Below, piece after piece: positions 1-7,969 of a DNA stretch of 28,096 nt (position 1 is its first letter; each line of letters begins with the position of its first letter). This DNA comes from Nitrososphaerales archaeon (GTDB lineage: Archaea > Thermoproteota > Nitrososphaeria > Nitrososphaerales > UBA213): the NCBI GenBank assembly GCA_036443875.1, contig JAZFZF010000231.1, forward strand, positions 1 to 28,096. Direction: 5' to 3'. The notes under the pieces are model-generated. The model ran no database searches. It saw only the letters and a program-made list of their open reading frames with translations, and was not told the DNA's origin. Both the position numbers and the translations under genes were made by a program.

Positions 1-20
1 ACCCTACCTTTTGCTACCAT
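1..20 (-). CDS. atpA: Probable 5' end of V/A-type ATP synthase subunit A (partial, runs off the window)
   Basis: ATG at 20-18 reads MVAKGR, 5 nt after the subunit E stop. The E-then-A order is typical of archaeal ATPase operons. Only 6 codons are visible. Confidence 0.4.
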
Positions 21-25
21 AAATA

Positions 26-634
26 TCACTTCATGAACAGGGCAGCGATATCTTTTCTTATGATGGGTTTCAGACGTTCTATCCTGGAATCCAGCGTGTC
101 ATCGTAAACCATAGAGCCATCTTTAGACACGATCCTTAGTCCACCAAGGACATTTATCGCTTCTCCAACAACTTTAATCTTCACATTAACATTTCTTTCC
201 AATTCTGAAGCTATCTTCTTTACTACGTCTCCGTCCTTCCCATCACATTCCACGACGACCTCTTCCGTATTGACAGCGTTAAGACCATCCTCCAAAAGCT
301 TCTTCATCATGGAAGCATATTTGTCACCATATCTTACAGAGTCGATCTTTGCCTTGGCCTTTTCAAATGCAATTCCCACAGCCTCCTCTATAAGCACCAA
401 CTGCCTGTTTCTTGCAGAGAGTCTGCTATTGCCCACGACCTGCCTCTTAAGCTTCTCTGCCTGCTTTTTTGCATCACCTACGATTTTATCATAGTCAAAT
501 ACCATGTTATTTTTTGAAGATATCAGTTGTTTAACTGCATCATCATAAGCAGCATCAATGTTTGAGATCAAATCACTTTCTGCCTGCAACAAAACTTTGT
601 TTACTGTTTGCTCTAAAGCAGAATATGTATCCAT
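26..634 (-). CDS. atpE: V/A-type ATP synthase subunit E
   Basis: Helical, charged N-terminal half and C-terminal GGLRIVSKDGSMVYDDTLDSRI motif typical of subunit E. Likely start is MDTYS at 634; the ORF track extends to 655. Confidence 0.85.
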   Translation of the reverse strand: MDTYSALEQTVNKVLLQAESDLISNIDAAYDDAVKQLISSKNNMVFDYDKIVGDAKKQAEKLKRQVVGNSRLSARNRQLVLIEEAVGIAFEKAKAKIDSVRYGDKYASMMKKLLEDGLNAVNTEEVVVECDGKDGDVVKKIASELERNVNVKIKVVGEAINVLGGLRIVSKDGSMVYDDTLDSRIERLKPIIRKDIAALFMK

Positions 635-682
635 ACAACGCAAAACACAAAACAAGGCATTTTAACCTTACTAAGCCTATTC

Positions 683-1264
683 TTAACTTATCTTTTTGAC
701 GAACCTGTAAACCATATCCTTATCGTTATTTGACATGGATGCGAAGGCCTCAACTAGTTCTTTTTCAACACCTATGACTTTGGCAACCATTGATTGCATC
801 TTTTCAACATCAATTGGAACCATATCTGTCACTGTCCCCCGAATGTAAGAAGTTATGTATTCATTTATTATCTTGAATACAAATGTCGGTGCAAATTTCA
901 ACAAGATCAGAATACCTTCCTTCAAAAGTTTCTGGTTTGGTTCGCTGGCTGAGAAAGTGTCAAGGTATCTTTCCACTAATTTTTTCCTGCCGTCGCCCAA
1001 CTCCTCCACTGTTGATGCTACTAACAGTCCAGCTTCTGTAAGTTCGTAATATGGTACGCCCTCCTGTTGTAGCGCTCTTGGCCCTCTCCTTAATGGCAAT
1101 CTTCCACCCTCCTTTACAACAAATAACGGAACTAGAACTTCATCGAGATCCCTAAAGATGCCAGAGTAGATGTTCTGCCATACTATGCCATGTTTTTCAG
1201 CGATGGCATGCGCAATAGCTGTTCTAGTCTTAAGCTGAGGACTGGATTCCATGGCAAGAAGCAT
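683..1264 (-). CDS. Conserved hypothetical protein (possibly wHTH-like), probably N-terminally truncated
   Basis: Intact 193-aa ORF (WQNIYSGIFRDLDEVL, GRLPLRRGP, YYELT). The protein-like frame continues upstream beyond an in-frame TAG. Confidence 0.75.
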   Translation of the reverse strand: MLLAMESSPQLKTRTAIAHAIAEKHGIVWQNIYSGIFRDLDEVLVPLFVVKEGGRLPLRRGPRALQQEGVPYYELTEAGLLVASTVEELGDGRKKLVERYLDTFSASEPNQKLLKEGILILLKFAPTFVFKIINEYITSYIRGTVTDMVPIDVEKMQSMVAKVIGVEKELVEAFASMSNNDKDMVYRFVKKIS

Positions 1265-1368
1265 AAGGACACCACGCTACCTCTTCGCCTCACCAGTGAA
1301 CTTATTTGGTCTTGTCTTGAAAGTATTAAATATGGCTAGATTCGGTTTTGTCAGCTTCTTGTTTCCAA
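1265..1368 (-). pseudogene. Disrupted 5' part of the 683-1264 gene (1-nt frameshift plus in-frame amber)
   Basis: SD-like GAGGTG (1382-1377) lies 8 nt before TTG at 1368. One base short in GGAAAC it joins KKLTKPNLAIFNTFKTRPNKFTGEAKR*RGVL, with TAG at 1279-1277, in frame with ATG 1264. Confidence 0.55.
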
Positions 1369-1599
1369 TACAACCACACCTCTACAGCCCATGTTGATAG
1401 CAATTACAATATTAAAATTTGCCGATCTTTCTACAAACTATTATAATTTGTGGAGAAATCGCATATTACTACACATTCCTCTCTTTAAATAAAGACTAAT
1501 CGCAAATGAGGTATAAATGAGTTATCGTACAAAATATTTTCAAAGTAAGGAGATCGTCAAAGAATTTATTTCACTGCACCGTTTTATGCACAATAGTTA

Positions 1600-1605
1600 T
1601 TTAAA
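1600..1605 (+). promoter_or_regulatory. TATA box for the Cas4-like gene
   Basis: TTTAAA 26 nt upstream of ATG 1626, the spacing expected for a leaderless archaeal mRNA. Confidence 0.5.
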
Positions 1606-1625
1606 CAAAATCACGTATTATACAC

Positions 1626-2279
1626 ATGCTCGGAGACAGAGACCTAAAGGACATCATACTGAAGGTTATGGATGGTATCTACCGTGACCTTGATTCACAG
1701 ATAGATAAAGCCAATAATCAAAGGATGCATGTAGAGGAAGTCATAACTTGTCTCCGCAAGTCATATTATGATAGAAAGAGTCCTATTCTTCCGACCAGCA
1801 AGCAGAAGGTATCTGCAATAATTAGCGATGGTATGCGCAAGTCAATCAAAGCGAGCGCAACGGCAGGGTACGATATAAATTCTGAATTTTCGCTTGTAGG
1901 CCGTGCAGATACAATTGTTGATGATATGGTGATCAAGTTTGAAATAGTAGATAAATTGCCGAAGAAGCCTGAACCAAAAGATCTTCTGAACCTAAATGCA
2001 ACTATGTGGATATTTGACAAGATGGAAGGCATCCTTGTTTACATGACTAATGACGGCAAGACCGTGGAATTTGCCTTTGCAAAGGACAAACAGATGTTTG
2101 AGGAAACAATTAGGAGAGCTATGGTCTTTGGCACCCTTCTTAAGGACGAGAAGGTGCCTATACTAGAACCATGCGAAATATGTCTAACATGCCAATACTA
2201 CGAGAGGTGCTACATAAAGCAAAAAAAGTATTCCAATTTAACAGTGGAAAGGTTATTAGGATTGAAGAAGCAGGCATAA
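1626..2279 (+). CDS. Solo Cas4-like Fe-S protein (PD-(D/E)XK fold) with degenerate catalytic motifs
   Basis: TCLRKSYY N-terminal Cys, LVGRAD motif II and C-terminal PCEICLTCQYYERC give the Cas4 split Fe-S signature. No other cas genes or array are present. Confidence 0.75.
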   Translation: MLGDRDLKDIILKVMDGIYRDLDSQIDKANNQRMHVEEVITCLRKSYYDRKSPILPTSKQKVSAIISDGMRKSIKASATAGYDINSEFSLVGRADTIVDDMVIKFEIVDKLPKKPEPKDLLNLNATMWIFDKMEGILVYMTNDGKTVEFAFAKDKQMFEETIRRAMVFGTLLKDEKVPILEPCEICLTCQYYERCYIKQKKYSNLTVERLLGLKKQA

Positions 2280-2283
2280 CAAA

Positions 2284-2808
2284 TTATATTGTAAAATCAA
2301 AGTCTAAATCTTTAACGCCAGCTCTTACGGGGTGGATAACGAAGAATGTGCCATTAACACGCCATTGAACGTCATCATTCTGCAGATCGTTCCAAAGCCG
2401 GACAAGAGGTTCGGTCTTTTTTACTTCGACTTTGTCGTTCAGAGTCATGGAGAACTCACCGTACATAGTAAAGGTCTTACCTGTGCCTGTTACGAAACCT
2501 TCCACTCTTTCACCTATTGTGGAGCTGGCTATCGTTATTCCATTTGCATACAGGTTGTACCGTATCGACTCCAGAACGACTGAGCTCGTATTGGGGTTGA
2601 AGGCATCGAATGCTACTTTGATCACGATTTTTTCTTCATCTACATCCACTATATTCACGCTTCTCAACTTCAGCACAACATCCTGAATTATGAATGCTTG
2701 TTGGTCCTGAGAAGGTGACTGTAATAGACCGATGGAAGTCATTGCCAAAAATATTATGATAACGCCAACACCTCCGGCTATGGTCCCTATAATTCCTTTA
2801 TTAACCAC
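2284..2808 (-). CDS. Membrane-anchored LEA type 2 / WHy-like protein
   Basis: N-terminal TM helix, then a beta-rich domain with the AFDAFNPN...LESIRYNLYANG pattern. Confidence 0.65.
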   Translation of the reverse strand: MVNKGIIGTIAGGVGVIIIFLAMTSIGLLQSPSQDQQAFIIQDVVLKLRSVNIVDVDEEKIVIKVAFDAFNPNTSSVVLESIRYNLYANGITIASSTIGERVEGFVTGTGKTFTMYGEFSMTLNDKVEVKKTEPLVRLWNDLQNDDVQWRVNGTFFVIHPVRAGVKDLDFDFTI

Positions 2809-2894
2809 ATTTTAGGCTAAATTTCATTTAATCATTTAAAGCTTTCATATAGCAAGATGAAAAAGCATTTAGATGTTGACCAAGAAAAAAACAT

Positions 2895-3215
2895 GTGCAA
2901 TATCACGAAGCAGCACTCATGGGACAGAAAAGAGCAAGGAGTTCACAACATAAACTGTTCGAGTATGCTGGTTTTGCATTCCTTACGAAAACAGTCAAAC
3001 AGGTAAAGCGTGAGTTTGAACCAGTTGGGGAAGAGGAATTAATAGCCATGGAAGAGACTGGAGATGGTAACAAGCTAGTTATAATATGTGATGCAGACGG
3101 CTATGCAAAAGCACAAACAAAGCCATTACCTAAAGAACAGGCTGAGCGAATTTTTGAAAAGATGTTGAAAGACGGTTTCGAGGATTTCAAGGGAGAGACA
3201 AAAGCTGTCAAGTGA
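2895..3215 (+). CDS. Hypothetical protein
   Basis: 106-aa ORF with GTG start and upstream TTTAAA. Its stop overlaps the convergent pyrH end. Confidence 0.7.
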   Translation: MQYHEAALMGQKRARSSQHKLFEYAGFAFLTKTVKQVKREFEPVGEEELIAMEETGDGNKLVIICDADGYAKAQTKPLPKEQAERIFEKMLKDGFEDFKGETKAVK

Positions 3216-3885
3216 TTATTATGGTACCAACATCCGCTCCTTGAATTGCACGTTTTATAATATTCGGATCTGATTTGACCACTCTTGTATTGAGTTTGGA
3301 TCTTTCTATAACTTTCAATGCCACTATGTCCATCAGGTCATATGCTCCAGCCATACTGCTTTCATGAGCAAGCATATTCCGCAATTCATGAACCTTTATT
3401 GATCGGAATAGTTTTGCATTTTTTTGTTTGTTTGGATCTGTGTTATAGATACCGTCAACGTCAGTAGCGTTAATGAACATGCTGGCATTGATCTTTTCCG
3501 CTATCTGTGAAGATGTTGCATTTGTACTCTGACCCGGGTGCAACCCCCCCGCAACAACTATCTTGCCAGTTTCTACCGCAGCAACTATGTCATGTAAGTT
3601 CTTTGGAATGTTAGGATAGGCTGCGTTGGCCAGTGCATGCACAAGCACTTGTGCGTTTAACCTAGACACTCCAATCCCCAACTCGTCCAAACTGGCCTCA
3701 TCGGCTCCAAGTTCCCGGGCAAGATTAATGTAGTATCTCGCTATGCGTCCACCACCAGCCACAACAATAGGCTGCGTTTTTCTGCTGATTGATTTCAGCA
3801 TCTTTGCATACTTTACCAACGATTTCTTGTTGGCAGTATCACCAAACACACTTCCACTTAATTTAATTACAATACGTTTTTTCAT
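3208..3885 (-). CDS. pyrH: UMP kinase
   Basis: IVIKLSGS, VAGGG..AR, GGLHPGQST, ATDVDGIY..DP motifs. Likely start is MKKR at 3885. Confidence 0.95.
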   Translation of the reverse strand: MKKRIVIKLSGSVFGDTANKKSLVKYAKMLKSISRKTQPIVVAGGGRIARYYINLARELGADEASLDELGIGVSRLNAQVLVHALANAAYPNIPKNLHDIVAAVETGKIVVAGGLHPGQSTNATSSQIAEKINASMFINATDVDGIYNTDPNKQKNAKLFRSIKVHELRNMLAHESSMAGAYDLMDIVALKVIERSKLNTRVVKSDPNIIKRAIQGADVGTIIIT

Positions 3886-3897
3886 TCCACACACCTG

Positions 3898-5184
3898 TTA
3901 CATGCTAACTTTTTCATACCAAGATTCCATACCTAAAACCTTTTTCACAGCCTTTTCCACTTTAGCCCTGCTTTCACTTATGGTGTAAACTCTTATCATG
4001 TCCATGAAACCAGAAATGGAGCTTATCAATGGGATTTTGCTTATTGGCAGCATGTAGTGCATCTTCTTTCCGATAGCATCCTTACCTATAAGCACTATAG
4101 CACCACGCTCTTCCTTTGTAGGTGTTAACGGCATAGAAGGCGCCTTCGAAGCATCAATGTAAACATGGTTTGGATCCACACCAGCACTGGTTGCAATTTC
4201 TTCAGTCATACTCTTCAACAACCTTTTGTTGAATTCTTTTCTAACTATCCTGTCGCTTTTGTGTAAAATTTTTTCAAAGACGCATTTCAACAGCTTCCTG
4301 TCTCGATAATCTCTGGCTAGTTTTACGGCAAGCTTCAATTGTTCGTCTTTTGGCTCCAATGTAATCAATCTAACCATTGTAGCATCATCGGTAAGGTCAA
4401 GATAATTTTCCAACGATTCATCGGTAAGATGCAGTTCTTCGTCTGCGAGTATCATGGAACGTAACATCATTACTTCTGCTGCTCGCACAGTTTTATGAAA
4501 ATAAACAGCTTTGAACATTTCATATCTGGATATCATCATTGATTCGAACGAATATAAGGCGGCCTTGTCAAGTGCGAGCCTATTGGCATACACTTCAAAG
4601 GAATTGATTATACGTTCTGCATCGATATTACCATATTCTGCACCCGTAAAGTATGAATCTCTTTGCAGATAGTCCATTATATCCGCACTAAGCCCCCCAG
4701 CAATTACTTCGTTAAGAAACGATACCTTCGACTCTCCAAAAGATAGTATGGTAATTGATTTTGCATCAAAACCATGTTTGCTGAGAATATCCTTAATTTC
4801 TGTTTGCAGTATCATCTTTCTTCCTATATCTTCGTGCGTTCTATTGCTACCCTCTAACATTACTTCTTCGAATAAATGTGAGAAAGGTCCGTGACCAATA
4901 TCATGCAACAAGGCAGCAAGCCTGAGAATCTGAATCTTGTCTTCATCTATATACCCCTTATTCAATAAAACATTTCCAGCAAGCCCAGCAACGTGCGCTG
5001 TGCCCAGAGAATGTTCGAATCTGGAATGTTGTGCAGCAGGATAGGTTAAATGTGCCCCCGCAAGCTGCCTTATTCTACGTAACCGTTGAAAAACCTGGGT
5101 ATCAATTACATCGCGCTCTACATCTGATAGATAGAAATAACCGTGAATAGGGTCGCTTATTTCGCACACAGGAGTAAAGACCAT
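3898..5184 (-). CDS. HD-domain phosphohydrolase, SAMHD1-like dNTP triphosphohydrolase family
   Basis: DPIHG, FQRLRRIRQL, HSRFEHSLG, LLHDIGHGPFSH, ADIMDYLQRD and VYFHKTVR motifs. Confidence 0.9.
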   Translation of the reverse strand: MVFTPVCEISDPIHGYFYLSDVERDVIDTQVFQRLRRIRQLAGAHLTYPAAQHSRFEHSLGTAHVAGLAGNVLLNKGYIDEDKIQILRLAALLHDIGHGPFSHLFEEVMLEGSNRTHEDIGRKMILQTEIKDILSKHGFDAKSITILSFGESKVSFLNEVIAGGLSADIMDYLQRDSYFTGAEYGNIDAERIINSFEVYANRLALDKAALYSFESMMISRYEMFKAVYFHKTVRAAEVMMLRSMILADEELHLTDESLENYLDLTDDATMVRLITLEPKDEQLKLAVKLARDYRDRKLLKCVFEKILHKSDRIVRKEFNKRLLKSMTEEIATSAGVDPNHVYIDASKAPSMPLTPTKEERGAIVLIGKDAIGKKMHYMLPISKIPLISSISGFMDMIRVYTISESRAKVEKAVKKVLGMESWYEKVSM

Positions 5185-5210
5185 ACCAGATACATCAGTA
5201 ATATATGGTC

Positions 5211-5798
5211 TTAATGTTTTTGTTTTATTCGATATTCAACAATTTGCATTATTTCCTTATGAATATCTTCTCTACTTTTGTCACCATTAACCAAAATCCA
5301 TTCATATTTTCCAGCGAGTTCTCTGTATAATCTTGATACATTACGCATTATATCATCATTCATTTCGAAGATATCTCCCTTGCTAGCCATTCTCTGTATG
5401 GAAACTTCCGGGGAAACATCTAACAATATAACAATATCTTCCTTAGGCAAACCTTCATCCAATGCCAGTAACCATTCTGATTTCATACCGCTTGCTAAGC
5501 CATAAACCAAGTTCGACTGATAATACCTGTTCAATACTACAACTTCATTTTCCACTAACATTTTTTCGATTTCAGCCTTTTTCTCCCACCTGTTTGCCGA
5601 CAGTAACATATGCATGACCTGTACTGGATACTCTCTCTCACCATGCAAAATTGCTCTAATCTCTTCGCCTATCTTCGTCGTGTAAACAGGGAACGCTAGC
5701 GAAGCTCCACTCAGACCCTTCTTCTTCAAATCTTCTTTAAGCAACTGCGTCTGCGTTGCCTTGCCTGCTTTATCGCTTCCCTCTATTACGATCAGCAT
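5211..5798 (-). CDS. tmk: Thymidylate kinase
   Basis: IVIEGSDKAGKATQ P-loop, FP.Y, LLSANRWE and NRY..SNLVY motifs. Confidence 0.93.
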   Translation of the reverse strand: MLIVIEGSDKAGKATQTQLLKEDLKKKGLSGASLAFPVYTTKIGEEIRAILHGEREYPVQVMHMLLSANRWEKKAEIEKMLVENEVVVLNRYYQSNLVYGLASGMKSEWLLALDEGLPKEDIVILLDVSPEVSIQRMASKGDIFEMNDDIMRNVSRLYRELAGKYEWILVNGDKSREDIHKEIMQIVEYRIKQKH

Positions 5799-5822
5799 CT
5801 CTCCAGACTCTTCATACTACTC

Positions 5823-6737
5823 TCAGATTAATTCTACTATTCTTGACAATTCTTCAGCATTCAGGTTGTAATTATTCTGGTTAATTGCGAGGTAAGCGGC
5901 ACTCTTATTGCCATATGGCGCCTTGCATGAAAATAACGTAAGAACCAACCCCTTATGGTTGACCTTGAATCCATCGCACACCTCATGTGCCCTTATCAGT
6001 GCCTTCACATTGACTATTTTCAATGCCCTTTCTGTTAAATCTTTGCCAAAATATTTTCCGTAGCCCCTTGCAGAAGGCTGAGAGCCCTCTATCTCTCTTG
6101 GGTCGTTCCAAAGTATCTCTTCCAGATATCGCGTTTCCGCATTTGTCTTGTTTGCAGTTGCTATATCATCTATTGTATGAAAATTTGTTGGCACACCGCC
6201 ATGTAATATCAGGTATGAATTTTCCAGAACAACACCATGATACATGAGATCGAACAACGAGCGTAGTTTTGTATAGATCAACTCACCTGCTTTGCCAAAT
6301 TTGATTAAAAATGCATCTGGAAGATCATGTGGGTAAAATGGCATACTCTCCGGCCCCTCGTGATTACCACGCATCAGTATAACACGATTAGGATACCTTG
6401 CCTTGAGATAGAGTACTACATAATATACCTCCACGGATTCTCTTCCCCTGTCACCATAATCACCTAGGAATATCATTATGTTTGAAAGATCCTCGAGGAA
6501 ACCACTCTTCTCCAGTATTAGAGCCAAACTCTGCAAATCTCCATGCAGATCGCCTACAAGTATTAACTTTCGCCCTTGCTTAACCCTTACGAGTCCTCCC
6601 TTGACTGTTGAATCACATGTTACACCTTCACTCCTTTCTTGTTGCTGTATTAATGACATATTCTTGATCAGCATAGAAAATTCTGTGTAGGTTACTGACA
6701 TTGATTTTTCAATTATTTCCTCTAGCATATGATGCAT
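5823..6737 (-). CDS. PPP-family Ser/Thr protein phosphatase (metallophosphoesterase)
   Basis: GDLHG, GDYGDRG, RGNHE, HGG, LWNDP and RAHE motifs. Confidence 0.9.
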   Translation of the reverse strand: MHHMLEEIIEKSMSVTYTEFSMLIKNMSLIQQQERSEGVTCDSTVKGGLVRVKQGRKLILVGDLHGDLQSLALILEKSGFLEDLSNIMIFLGDYGDRGRESVEVYYVVLYLKARYPNRVILMRGNHEGPESMPFYPHDLPDAFLIKFGKAGELIYTKLRSLFDLMYHGVVLENSYLILHGGVPTNFHTIDDIATANKTNAETRYLEEILWNDPREIEGSQPSARGYGKYFGKDLTERALKIVNVKALIRAHEVCDGFKVNHKGLVLTLFSCKAPYGNKSAAYLAINQNNYNLNAEELSRIVELI

Positions 6738-6761
6738 GATGGTTACAGAAATAAAATACTT

Positions 6762-7259
6762 CTAATCGGCGAACTTTTGTATCTGTTCTGCAGTAGGATT
6801 ATAGTTGATCGGAACATCGAAGGTAGTCAAATACAGGTTGTAGTTGCTTGTACCAGTTAGCTGTGTACGCTCATGTGGAATTTCACCACCATAGCGATCT
6901 AGTACAGCATTGTTAGATGTAAATTCAGTATTTACTAGCGTTGTACTATAAGGTCCGATCATGAACGATTTTATTATTCCAGTTCCCAGATATTCTCCAT
7001 CGATATTAATGCTATAAGTCGTATCACCAATGGGGAGAGGCACAAAATTGGCATTCCTGAACTGTAAAGTAGCATGATATTTGGTTTGCTGGTGATCCTT
7101 AGATACAACCGTAGAATCGTATAGGGAAACATCCAGGTTCTTTGCAGCCTCTATACCAAAATATGTAAAGAACAGAGCTGTGCCAGCAATTACTGCAACC
7201 GCTATTAATGTCATCCTTCTTCTAAACGAGTGCCTTCTACGCATGCAATTTGCTAGCAA
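6762..7259 (-). CDS. Membrane-anchored LEA type 2-like protein
   Basis: Basic N-terminus and TM helix, then LQFRNANFVPLPI...YSINIDGEYLG. The start may be 7244. Confidence 0.6.
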   Translation of the reverse strand: MLANCMRRRHSFRRRMTLIAVAVIAGTALFFTYFGIEAAKNLDVSLYDSTVVSKDHQQTKYHATLQFRNANFVPLPIGDTTYSINIDGEYLGTGIIKSFMIGPYSTTLVNTEFTSNNAVLDRYGGEIPHERTQLTGTSNYNLYLTTFDVPINYNPTAEQIQKFAD

Positions 7260-7346
7260 TTACTGTATTAATTTTAGCAAGTCATAAAGTTTAGCAGTAT
7301 AAGTAAACTAACTTTGGCAGGTTTGTTACCTCAACGCTTCAGGATC

Positions 7347-7523
7347 CTAATGAATTTTTCTCGCTCTGTATCTATACAGCAGGAGACCAAACAGAGCGGA
7401 GAGGATATCTGCTACTAGGGGTTAGTCTGCAATAATTTCTCTATCTCAGGCAATCCTCCGTGAAAGTAATAACATGAGCACTAAGAACAATACGCTACCA
7501 AACAGCAATTCTTGCAGACGCAT
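7347..7523 (-). pseudogene. Possible decayed small two-TM membrane protein
   Basis: MRLQELLFGSVLFLVLM...LVADILSALFGLLLYRYRARKIH* spans 59 codons, with both hydrophobic ends in the same frame and two stops between them. Confidence 0.25.
7362..7398. repeat. Inverted repeat / hairpin
   Basis: CGCTCTGT (7362-69) pairs with ACAGAGCG (7391-98) over 8 perfect bp. Confidence 0.45.
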
Positions 7524-7582
7524 CACATTATAAGGGAAACAATGAGATTAAGATATATATCCAACAAAGACTAAAATATTTC

Positions 7583-7969
7583 ATGGGATTAGGAAGATAC
7601 ATGGCTAAAGAGCTCATGAAGGAGATAGGCAACAAATCAAGAGAATTCTTCGAGTTCGTCTCGCCACCAGTTGATATTGTAGAAGATGGCAATGAACTGG
7701 TTGTTACTGCTGATCTTGCTGGTTTCGATAAGAAGAATATCACACTTAGAATAAACAATAGCACTCTTTCCATTGGCGGAACAAGAGAGCCAGTTGAACA
7801 TGCAGGAACTTCTTACTGGCAGCAAAGACCACTAAAGATTGAAAAGAAGATACATCTACCTATAAAGATCAAGGAAGGTGAGGAAGCTCTGGGAAAAGCA
7901 AAGTATGAAAATGGCGTGCTTGAGATCCGCATACCGATAAGTAGTGTGGGTACAATAACTATACAGTGA
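7583..7969 (+). CDS. hsp20: Small heat shock protein Hsp20 (alpha-crystallin domain)
   Basis: PPVDIVEDGNELVVTADLAGF and AKYENGVLEIRIP motifs, with ATATATAT about 25 nt upstream. Confidence 0.93.
   Translation: MGLGRYMAKELMKEIGNKSREFFEFVSPPVDIVEDGNELVVTADLAGFDKKNITLRINNSTLSIGGTREPVEHAGTSYWQQRPLKIEKKIHLPIKIKEGEEALGKAKYENGVLEIRIPISSVGTITIQ

Noticed and set aside
1277-1279. TAG reassignment or pyrrolysine to explain in-frame ambers
   Set aside because: TAG terminates yjbQ (10291), the M1 aminopeptidase (13904) and the thiolase (23910) at natural-looking C-termini. No pyl genes are seen.
1265-2900. CRISPR array or cas operon near the Cas4-like gene
   Set aside because: There are no regularly spaced direct repeats anywhere in the window and no other cas ORFs.
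6738-6764. TAG read-through fusing the LEA-like protein to the phosphatase (24 nt, in frame, no stop)
   Set aside because: An in-frame short gap is likely by chance. Both proteins look complete, and the fusion topology is doubtful.
7366-7379. LexA-like palindrome CTGTATCTATACAG
   Set aside because: The spacer is 6 nt rather than 8, the host is archaeal, and the site is not at a promoter position.
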